Shown: positions 53,010-64,000 of the stretch, piece by piece
Layout: each line of letters starts with the position of its first letter
Position numbering within the stretch: position 1 is the stretch's first letter
Assembly: GCA_964016885.1 (NCBI GenBank)
Contig: OZ024748.1
Location: 15,810,001 to 15,874,000 of the forward strand
Origin: Eledone cirrhosa
Lineage: Eukaryota
DNA length: 64,000 nucleotides
Reading direction: 5' to 3'
The notes under the pieces: model-generated
What the model was told of the DNA's origin: nothing
The model's input: only the letters and a program-made list of their open reading frames with translations
Database searches by the model: none
Translations under genes and position numbers: made by a program

Positions 53010-53265
53010 TATCGACCACCCGAGTAGTAAGGATGTTGGACTTACGATCATAATGTTGTGAGTTTGATTCCTGGACTGAATTATGTGTTGCATTCTTTGG
53101 CAAAACACTTAATTTCACGTTGCTCCAGTATACTCAACTGAAAATGAGTACCAGCCATAGCTGGGGGTTTAACCCTGTCCTGTATTCTTAGTTACTCATC
53201 ATCAAAGAAACTGGGATAAGCAGTGACCTGATGGGCCTCTGAGCTTGAGCCAGACTTTAAACTTA
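53010..53265 (+). mobile_element. Degenerate CORE-type SINE
   Basis: 'gttgtgagtttgattcctgg..ctttggcaaaacacttaatttcacgttgctccagtatactcaactgaaaatgagt'. Confidence 0.7.
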
Positions 53266-53382
53266 CTTAGAAAAGATCAATGGGCAAAGTTGACCTGAGT
53301 GAGACTTGAAATCAGAATGAATGCTGTGAACTAGAACAAATATTGTAAAATATTTTGTCCTTTCATCTATTGACTCAGCTAC

Positions 53383-53435
<53 letters not shown>

Positions 53436-53997
53436 TGTGTGTGTGCACATCCATGCCAACTATGTTCAGCTTAAATTGGCATGTTCTGCTTCATAAGGAA
53501 AATATATATATTGTTAAAAAAGAGGTTTTTTTAAAAATGTAAAATGAAAAGTAAAAACTGATAAACATCAATTAAAAAATGTCAATAACAGAAATTTGAT
53601 TCATTTGATAGATAGAAATTATATTTTCCCTTCTTGTAAAAGACAATGTAGATTTAAAATAACAATAACATTCTTCACTAAAAGATAGAATCATAAGAAT
53701 AGTAAATATGAATATATTTTCTTCTACAGAAAAAAAAGCAGAATATATAAAAAACAGAAACCAAAAAACAACCCAACAAGTTTAATAGATTCAGATGACT
53801 TATTGCTTTTGTTTAAGTATACTCATCATAACTTGAATGTGGATAAACTTTAAAATAATGTTATTTAAATATCTAAATTGTTTTTAGAATTGAAACTCAG
53901 TATAAGAAAACAAAACTAGCTTATAGTTTTAAATGTTTATAAGTCATTTAAATAATAGTTTATAAAATTTAAAACGCATGCGGAATAAATTACATGT

Positions 53998-54182
53998 ATA
54001 GAGTGTTTAAAAAAAAATGTACATCATTTGAGATGTAAATATCCCAGAAACTACGACTATATATTGTGAATGAGTTTTATAATATTGACAAATTTTAAGC
54101 AATAAATCTTATGTTGCTCAATATTAAGACTGCTCAGTCATGTTGGCCAAGATTTTGCAGTTTTCTGGGATATTTACATATC
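53998..54182. mobile_element. Tc1/mariner-like MITE remnant with an internal inverted repeat, abutted by a family-B SINE (54180-54410)
   Basis: 'atgtaaatatcccagaaact' vs 'agttttctgggatatttacat'. Confidence 0.45.
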
Positions 54183-57028
54183 ATCATCATTGTTTAATGT
54201 TCATTTTGCCCCGCTAGCATGGTTAGGATACGCTGGTCCTTTGTAAGAAATCAGGTTGGAGGACCATGTTTCACTCAAATAGAAGTGATTTTGGCTTGGT
54301 TTCCTAACACCAACCATATTTACAGTGTGTGCTGGATGCTTTTTGTTATGCCACCTACATGTCCACTATACAGTGTGGACTGGATGCTTTGTCATGACAC
54401 CTACATGTCCTATTTAAAAAAAAAAACACCCTGTCCATATAATTTATTTCCCATCAACTCCACTACTATCAATACCATCATGTTTTTCCATGCTTGCATT
54501 GATTGGGTGGGAGGGGTTTTTGCCACAGCAGCTTCCCTCTATTGTTGCACAACTCGGTCATCCCAAGTGTAAGTTCAGTATCATAAAAGTGAGGTGCATA
54601 GCTTGAAGAGGCAATATCGCAGAGAGAAGGAGAGGGTGTACGTGACTGAGAGAAGGGGCAGGGTGAACGTGGCTGAGAGAAGAGGGGGGGGGGGGTTACA
54701 TGGCTGAGAGAAGAGGGAGTGTACATGGCTGAAAGAAGTAGGGGGTACATGGCTGAGAGAAGAGGGAGTGTACATGGCTGAGAGAAGTGGGGTACGTAGC
54801 ATAACATCACCCCCCCCCCCCATGCATAGCGTCACCTCATCCCCTCCCCCCAACCCCATACATGACATCACCTATTTTCCACTCATACATAGCAACACCT
54901 CATTTTCCCCCCTACATAACAATACCATTTCTCATACAAAACAATATTGAAGTTGGCATCTGACAGACGTATTCAATTATATTTTGTTTCGCCACTCATA
55001 TTTTTTTGCATTAAAAAAACTTGTTTCATTTTTTTTTTGTCGGCAATCATCTTAAGTATATTTCCCCACCCACGCTGTGTTAATAACCCTGATTATGAAA
55101 ATCAATTACCACAAACATGTTAATTGGCAGGTAATAAAAATATAACACTAATCTTGATTGATGTCACTATATTGCAGGTTGGATCTGTGGATTTGTGCAT
55201 GTGAAAGAGAAAGCGGATATGTTAGGCAAGAAGACAGTGAAGAAAAGTATATAATCAAAAGTATATAATCAAAAGTATGAAATCAGCATGTAATCAACAG
55301 ACTATTATTTACCCTTCAAATTTACATTGTTTTAACTATAACAAATTACTATATCTTTAAGTTCCTATTGTATTAACCTTATTTATACAAAAATCACCTG
55401 AAACAGCCTCAAGTTCTTTGATACAAAGTTGTGTTATTTTAAAACATGGTCATCTAAAAAAAAAAAAAATTTATGTAGCAACTTTAATTAAGTTAAGCTC
55501 CAACACCTGCACACCTGCTTAATAATAGGAAAATTAGCTACATTACCAAATCCCTCAAAATTCTCTACTTTCAAGATTATTTCAAAATTGAAAGCAGTGC
55601 CTTTATTTAGAAATTTGATAACGGAATGGATAACAATAAAAATAAAGAAAAAAACCTGTATTTTCAATTTCATGTATCAGTGGAGACTTCCAGCATTCTT
55701 GGCCCCCAAACCACATCCCTATTCACTGCTATCGGAGTGGAGTTGGCTGGCTGCAGGTGTGAGCCCTGCATTGTGGAGTGGCTGTTCCAGTGCATCTCCC
55801 TCACCCTCCTCTAGGGCAATGTATTCTCCATCCTGTCGGCCAGGACCTAGAGGAAGAGGGTAAGTTATTTGAAGTGGGGGATACTCTTTCGGACATCACT
55901 TTCACACGTATTGAGTGCATTATTTTAACTGGTGTATTTTATGTATTAAGAAAAGCTTAAGATGAATGCTTCCAAGTTAGCTCACCTCGCTGATATTCTT
56001 GTAATGTCTTTAATCAACAGTTAGATGAAGACGAACATTTTTTTTAAAACTAGATGGCAAGTGACTTAATATGAGAGGGCTGAAACGGAAGTAATTATAT
56101 TAAGGTAGAGATAAAAAAAATCTTGTTTAATTTTTGTTTATCTTATGTGAACAGTTTTTTTTTTTCGTAATTGTAAAAATTAAATTTATTCTAAAATCTT
56201 TATATACCAATGTACATATATTCTCATAATTTTCACCTCTGCTTTTCCATGCATCTCTCCATAAGTCTTAGCGGTCAGAGGTCAGAGGTCAGCTCTCACA
56301 ACCTCTGCCCAGATCTTTTTTTGGTTGTCCTCTACTGCCATTTCCTTCCCCTCATTCTATTTAATATTTTATTTCTCCTATTTTCTGATAAAGGACTAGC
56401 ACCTGAAATGTTAGGGTTCTTTTCCTGCTTTAGCAAGCATTAAACTAATATATATCTTCATTGTATTGTTTGCTTTGTTGTTTTCCATACACACATCCAT
56501 AGATATATATATATACTCATTTTTACCTGCAAAACTGTGATAGCAGGGTGCCAATAGAAAATATAAATCCGAAGAGTTTTTTGGTGGGAGGGAGTATGTA
56601 CACCCAAAACATATCTTCCTATTTGTTTAGTACAACGATTAAGTCTATGATATTACCTTCCCTAAAAATCTGATTTTTGCCACCTTTCATTATTATTTTT
56701 TTTTTATTTTTGTCATTTTCTATCGTTTTATTCTTCTATTCCAAGAATAAAAAAACAAAAACACCATTATTCTTCCATTCTACTCCAAGAATAAAAACAA
56801 GGTTAGATGTAGAATATACAACACAGAAACTGAGTTACACTGTAAACCAATAGAGATCACAAATCCAGTAACAGATGAGAAAATAAAAATAATAATCAAA
56901 TAAAAACAATCTATATTCACCACCCCTGCTTCTAGTTTTTTCTCAACCAAACCAAAAGCGGAATCTTTTTTTCTCAAGCTTTTCCGTTTGGATATGGCAT
57001 TGATGTATTTCTTCAATCTTTTATTTTG

Positions 57029-57059
<31 letters not shown>

Positions 57060-57519
57060 GTTTTGTTATTATCATTGCTATTATTATTGTTGATGTTATT
57101 GTTGTCGATGCTATTGTCATTATTGTTGGCATTGTTGATGTTACTGTTATTTGTCATTGATGTTATTGTTATAGTTGATGATGTAGATATTTTCTGTTAA
57201 ATCTTTGTTATTTTATTTCTACTCAATCACACGTAACCACCCACACACTCACACTAGGTGTTTTATAATCCACTCCTTGTGCTGTCCTACTCCTTGTGGC
57301 AAATATAGAAACTTATTATTATTATTATTATTATTTGCTACCATTACTATTCATTACCATTGTTATTGTTATATCTATAGTTTCCTTTTCTGATTTCCCT
57401 TTACTCAATATAAAATCCCTATTTTGTTGTGATTTCGTATATTTTTTTATTTTTTATGCCCTTGTATTGTCCCCCGACATCGTGTGCCCTTGTGGCTAAC
57501 AAAAGAAACCATTACTCTT

Positions 57520-57990
57520 TCATTGTTATGCTTTGCAGCATAGAGTTACGGCTCTTTACATTCTGTGTTCAAATCCTGCCATGGTTAGCTTTGCCTTTCA
57601 TCCTTGTGGTTCGATAAAATAAAACACAAGTAAGGCACAGTGGTCGATTTAATCAACTTGACCCTGCACCAAAATTGCTGGCCTTGTGCCTAAAGTAGAA
57701 ATTATTATTCTCATCACTATCCTTATTGTTGTGCAAAAAATAGAAACAATTATTATCATAATTATAATTACGAATGGTTAATTACTATCATCATTATTAT
57801 TATCATGTGGTTTGGCAATATTGATAGAGCATAAGTCACCATGCATTGTAGCATAGAGTTATGGCCCTTTATGCCCTGAGTTCAAAACGCACCAAGGTTA
57901 ACTTTGCCTTTCATCCTTATGGTTCGATAAAATAAAGCACCAGTAATGCACTAGAGTTATTGCTGGCCTTGTGCTAAAAGTAGAAACACC
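57520..57990 (+). mobile_element. SINE family A tandem pair (long-tail then short-tail)
   Basis: Two central blocks at ~57590 and ~57900. Confidence 0.8.
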
Positions 57991-60082
57991 ATTACCATTA
58001 TTACCACCACCATCACCACTACCACCATCATGATGACGACCATCATCATCATCATCATTACAATTATTATATTCTGAATTTGGACCAAAGAGAAGAAAAT
58101 CCTTTACAACAGGTGGAGGTGGAAGAGAACATCAAAGACTAAGAATTAAAGAAAAAAAGGATTTATTTATTTTCGATTTTCCCCTCCTGCTCGCCATTCC
58201 TGCTACACCTCCACCTATGATGACTGAACAAAACAGCAAGTTAAAGTTAATAGCCTATCTTTCAAACAAACAATGACATTTTCATGTTATATGTAGCTGT
58301 TACATTATTTAACATTTTTTATACTTTTATATAAATTTTTCATCTTTTTTTACTTTTATACTCTTATTCTGTATGTATGTGTATATATATATATATATAC
58401 ATACATAATATACAAAAATATACACACATATATACACACATGTACACAGACATATCCGTACACACAGGCATATCCGTACATACACACACAGACATATCCG
58501 TACATACACACACATTCATATACACAGACATACATATTCGTACATACGCACACATTCATATACACAGACACACATATTTGTCACATATATTCATACACGT
58601 ATTCATAGACACATTCATACACACATGCACATGTGCACAGACACACGCAGGCACACACAGACATACATATACATACACGCACATACATACTTATACATAC
58701 ATATATATATATATACACATATATATATATACACATATATATATACACATCTGTATACACATATATATATATACACATATATATACTCACATCTATATAC
58801 ACACATATATACACATATATATATACACACACATATATATATATATACATATATACACACACATCTATATACACACACATACATATACATATATATACAC
58901 ACACACACGTATATACACACACATACATATATATAATTATATACTCATATATATCTATATACATATATACACACACATCTATATACACACACATACATAT
59001 ATATACACACACATCTATATACACACACACACCTATATATACACACACACACCTATATACACACACACACCTATATAGACACACATACATATATATAATT
59101 ATATACACACATCTATATACACACACATACACACACATATATATATATATATATGTAAACAAATAAATATAATTTTTTAGTCTATTTTTTTGCAATTATA
59201 TTATTGATATTCATGACTGTCGTGACAAGAGAAATTGGAAGTTCCAGAGGCTTACCAAAATCTGGGGATAATCATAAAAAATCTAACGCAACACACATAA
59301 TAACAATAGTAACAGCAATAATAAACACTAAAAACATGAACAATAGCTACAACAACAACAATAATAATAGTAATAATAATAATAGTAATAATAATAATAG
59401 TAGTAATAGTAATAGTAATAATAGTAAATAATGGTAATGATAATATAATAATAATTTACATCTATTCTGCTGTCAATAATAGTGGGGTAATTAATGACTG
59501 GTTATTTTAATAATATTTCTATGTTGTTCATTTTGTCATGAATCATATCAAAACCCCTATGGTGTTTTCTCAACAAACCCTTTATTTTCAATTTTATTTC
59601 TTTGTTTCTGTTTTCTAGGGGTTCCCCCCCCCCCTCTCTCTCTCTTAAATTTCCCCCTTCATTTATTATATTTTCATGTCAATTATTTTAGAAATTAGAA
59701 ACCTGCAGAAAGAAGGAAGCAGAGGACTATTAAGAAACTGCGGCCTTTTCTACCACTTCTTCTATGACCACTGCACCTCAGAACTGGTTGACTTTGCACT
59801 ACCTCTACTCAAGAACTACTGCCATAATTGTCTCAAAGCTGGACCTTAAAATTACAGGCATGTAATTATGGCATGTTGATCTCAGGGAGATTCAGTATGG
59901 CATGTGAAAAATGTGGGCCTTTGAATGGCAATAATGGGCTGAAGATTCCACAGACTTTTATACTCTTTATGTGGATCTCAGAGAGATACAGTATGGCATG
60001 TGTGAAATATATACTCTCAACTGAACATCCATCTTATGAATTAACATGTAAACGGTTGAATATTCCACAGACAAGTGTACCC

Positions 60083-60311
60083 TTAACCCTTTAATGTTCA
60101 AACCGACCAAAACCGGCCAGAATTCTCTACCTATTTTCTGTTGAAACTGGCTGTATCTGGTCACTCAAACTGATGTTAAGGTATTGTTCTCAAAATAAAT
60201 ACTTTCAAAATCTCATAGATTCGATATTATGTGAGATAATTATGCGAGGTAAAGCCTTTTCCATGAAAATATAATAGTAAATATAGAGTAATGTGAATGC
60301 TTAATGGGTAA
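60083..60311. mobile_element. piggyBac-like MITE copy
   Basis: Homologous to 26030-26254. Confidence 0.75.
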
Positions 60312-60614
60312 TGTAATTCTCAAGTCAAATGTGTGTGTGCTGGATAATAATGGATGACAAAGCTGGACATGTGAATTTCAGATACAATCCATACTATGGG
60401 CATCCACATTTTCTGTCTACCAAATTTCAGTCAGAAGACATGATACAACCCATGGCTATGTGGTAAAGATACTTGCCAAAGAATTTGTCACACAGTGGGA
60501 TGGACCTATGAACATCTTGATGGCAATGCAAACTTCTTATCCACTCAGCCATCTGACTGCCTTCTTTCTTTCCAGATATAACTATTGTATTACCCAAAGC
60601 TTTATGTTTTTAAG

Positions 60615-60850
60615 ATGATAGGGTGAGGAATAGGACAGATTTTACAGCCAAAACCAACTGACAAGAGACCCAGGAGTCAACCCTGAGCAAGATGGTTGGA
60701 TAACATTCATGAGCTTGGCTGGTCATGCTTGGGGAAACAGCCGTATCAGTTGGAGATGGTTGCTTCTGATAGGACCCACTGGAAGGAGTGTCTGAGGACT
60801 GCCCCAACAACGCTCTCAGGTGTAAATAGGTGAAGAGGAAGTAGGGTGAG
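60615..60850 (+). mobile_element. Decayed RTE-type LINE 3' end
   Basis: 'ccaactgacaagagacccaggagtcaaccctgagcaagatggttggataacatt' (PTDKRPRSQP*ARWLDNI). Confidence 0.65.
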
Positions 60851-60912
60851 GAAGTTTGACTGATTTCCTGCTATAGGCTGAATAAAATATATTGACCCAA
60901 AACAGTTTAAAA

Positions 60913-61191
60913 CAGGAACGTGCAACAGGTGGCTCGCGATGACCGTTTTTAATTTTTACCCTGTAGACTTATTTAGAATTTTTTTCGTAAACGTAATACA
61001 ATTTCCTGTTAGTTGACCTATACTAAAGGACTTTCACTGATAGGGTTATATGTGTTATAATTTCTCAGTTCCATATTATGGAAAGAAGTTGTGGTGAATC
61101 TTTGGAATAGTGCTGGATAAATATTAATGGCCCTAATAGTTGTTCCAATGTTCAAAAGTGGCCCACCAATGGAATATGTTGCACACCCCTG
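60913..61191. mobile_element. hAT-type MITE
   Basis: TIRs cagg..cgtgcaaca / tgttgcacacccctg; 8-bp TSD gtttaaaa/gtttaaac. Confidence 0.8.
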
Positions 61192-61796
61192 GTTTAAACT
61201 ATTAGCGGAACTATTGTGTCTTAAGATATATCAGAGCTTTACAAAATACAGGGTTGTAAACCAAAGTAATAAATGTTTCAACATATTGACTGTATTAACA
61301 AAGAATTGAATTATTGCTTATATTCAATTCTTATTATAATCATCTTATTGTATTGTGGAGCACTTTTATCTCCCTAGACAAAATGGAGATAGAGGAATGA
61401 TCAAGGGTGAGCTGTCGAGCAAAATATCAACCATTGGGCTCAATCACTACCTTAAAATCACATGATAGGTTGATGAAAATGATACCTTAGTTATTACAAT
61501 TGTTAATACAATACAATGTGCATATAATGGTTTGATGTACAGCATACGCCCCCCACCCCCACCCACCCTGTATAGGCCTGTAATCAATGTTACTGAATCA
61601 AGATAAAGCTTCTATTATGAAATTCCCAGCCCTCATTAGTTACATAAAATTAAGAAGGTTCATTAGAGAATATTTTATTCAATAGATAATTATAAATGCA
61701 CTGAAATGAATTTCAACAGAACTTTCCTCTCTAGCATATCTATAATCCAACAGAACTTTCCTCGCTAACATACTTATTATCCATAATTAAGATGAG

Positions 61797-62170
61797 AAAG
61801 AGAGAGAGAGAGTGTGAGAGAGAGTGTGTGAGTGTGTGAGAGTGTGTGAGAGTGTGTGTGAGAGTTTGTGTGTGAGTGTGTGTGAGAGAGTGTGTGTGAG
61901 TGTGTGTGTGAGTGTGTGTGTGAGTGTGTGTGTGAGTGTGTGTGAGTGTGAGTGTGTGTGTGAGTGAGTGTGTGTGTGTGTGAGTGAGTGTGTGAGTGTG
62001 TGGGTGTGTGAGTGTGTGGATGTGTGAGTGTGTGGGTGTGTGAGTGGGTGGGTGTGTGAGTACGTGGGTGTGTGAGTGTGTTTGTGAGTGTGTTTGTGAG
62101 TGTGTTTGTGAGTGTGTTTGTGAGTGTGTTTGTGAGTGTGTTTGTGAGTGTGTTTGTGAGTGTGTTTGTG
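61797..62170. repeat. (GT/GA)n-derived array ending in (gagtgtgtttgt)n
   Basis: Direct reading. Confidence 0.95.
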
Positions 62171-62224
62171 CGTACATGCATGCATGGATGTGGATGTGCA
62201 TGTGACTTGAAACACTGAAATATA

Positions 62225-62640
62225 AACTTTGCCTTTCATCCTTACGGGGTCGATAAAATAAAGTACCAGTAATGTACTGGAATAATTGCTGGCCTTGTGC
62301 CAATAGTAGAAACAATTATTATTATCATCAGGTCGGTGGATTGGCAGTATCGGTAGAGGGTCGGATGCCCTGCTTTGCAGCATAGAGTTACGACCCTTTA
62401 TGATCGGAGTTCAAATCCCGCCGAGGTTGACTTTGCCTTTCATCCTTACAGGGTCGATAAAATAAAGTACCAGTCAAACACTGGGATCAATTTAATCAAC
62501 TTTCCCCTCCCTCCAAATTACTTGCCTTGTACTTATATAAGAAACCATTATTCTTTCATCCTTACGGGGTCGATAAAATAAAGTACCAGTAATGCACTGG
62601 ATAATTGCTGGCCTTGTGCCTAAAGTAGAAACAATTATTA
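62225..62640 (+). mobile_element. SINE family A tandem trio (short, long, short)
   Basis: Three central blocks at ~62230, ~62430 and ~62553. Confidence 0.9.
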
Positions 62641-62879
62641 TTACTACTACTATTACTAATAGTGTTATCTGCAAGCAAGATAAATATGAAATTCCCAGAT
62701 GAAGTACTTTCAATTTCCTTACATCAAAAATAACCTTGGGAGAAAGTATAACAAATATTGAGAAATAAAATGTAACAATTTGCATTATTTCACTCTAAAA
62801 TCTGATATATTTCAAAACCAATCAACCAATATACACACATTTGTGCATCTATATGCATATATAGGTGTGTGTGTGTGTG

Positions 62880-62883
62880 AATG

Positions 62884-62931
<48 letters not shown>

Positions 62932-63377
62932 TATATATACATACACACATATATATATCTGTTCTGTGAGTGTATGTGTATATATATATATATACACATC
63001 TATCTGTACATGTATATATATATAAATATATATATACATACACATATATATATATATATCTGTTCTGTGAGTGTATGTGTATATATATATATATATATAC
63101 ACATCTATCTGTACATGTATATATATATAAATATATATATACATATACACATATATATATCTGTTCTGTGAGTGTATGTGTATATATATATATATATACA
63201 CATCTATCTGTACATATATATATATATAAATATATATATACATACACACACATATATATATCTGTTCTGTGAGTGTATGTGTATATATATATATATATAT
63301 ATACACATCTATCTGTACATGTATATATATATAAATACATATATACATACACACATATATATATCTGTTCTGTGAGT

Positions 63378-63425
<48 letters not shown>

Positions 63426-63430
63426 CTGTG
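62880..63430. repeat. ~101-bp minisatellite built from TA/CA microsatellite, ~5 copies
   Basis: 'ctgttctgtgagtgtatgtg' at ~62959, 63060, 63161, 63262 and 63365. Confidence 0.9.
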
Positions 63431-63556
63431 CACACACGTGTGTGTGTGTGTGGATGTTTGTATGGATTGGGAGTTACCAGTTTAGACTAGTAAAACCATA
63501 TTCAGCTAAGTACTCAATACTTGAGAAAATAGAGTGTATGTATTGTCATAGTACCA

Positions 63557-63588
<32 letters not shown>

Positions 63589-63695
63589 CATACACACACG
63601 TTACACACACACATATATATATATATATACATACTCATAATACACACACACACACATATATATATACATACTCATAATACACATACATACATCTT

Positions 63696-63744
<49 letters not shown>

Positions 63745-64000
63745 CACATACACATGTTGCACACACACATATATACATACATGTAATATACATATATACA
63801 TGCTACACAGAGTACATCTAACTCAGCACTTATGGGAGTCAAATATTGTAATTTTTGTCATTTCCATAGAATTTCTATTTGTTTTCTACTAACATTACAT
63901 TTATATTATATGTTTTATATTTCCCACTGTTTCACTTGTCTTACTTCTTGTTCTCTCTTTTTTTCTATATAATTGTTAATATATTTTTATCAATCATTGT

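Overview
AT-rich eukaryotic, repeat-dominated intronic or intergenic DNA. The SINE repertoire and very dense (TA)n/(CA)n/(GA)n microsatellites suggest an octopod cephalopod; this is inferred from remembered repeat families, not from a search. I found no intact, identifiable protein-coding gene. Nearly all long ORFs in the track, including the ~1000-aa ORFs at 21.3-24.7 kb, are artefacts of simple or tandem repeats. The real coding relics are all transposon-derived: RTE-type LINE fragments (one with twin-priming-like inversion geometry), a 5'-truncated CR1/L2-group LINE, a decayed mariner transposase and a Penelope-like GIY-YIG remnant. The most notable hidden structure is a dispersed set of type-I hammerhead ribozyme motifs next to (TA)n tracts: three are well formed (10211, 31664, 48758) and several are degenerate, and they probably derive from Penelope-like elements or retrozymes. 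Other notable structures are long palindromes with 1-nt centres (one with a SINE inserted at its tip), a 3.1-kb 23-bp satellite that arose inside a SINE and has higher-order structure, recurring long+short SINE dimers, and micro-inversions in a SINE-derived tandem array. Coordinates were read by eye and may be off by a few bases, more for decayed elements.
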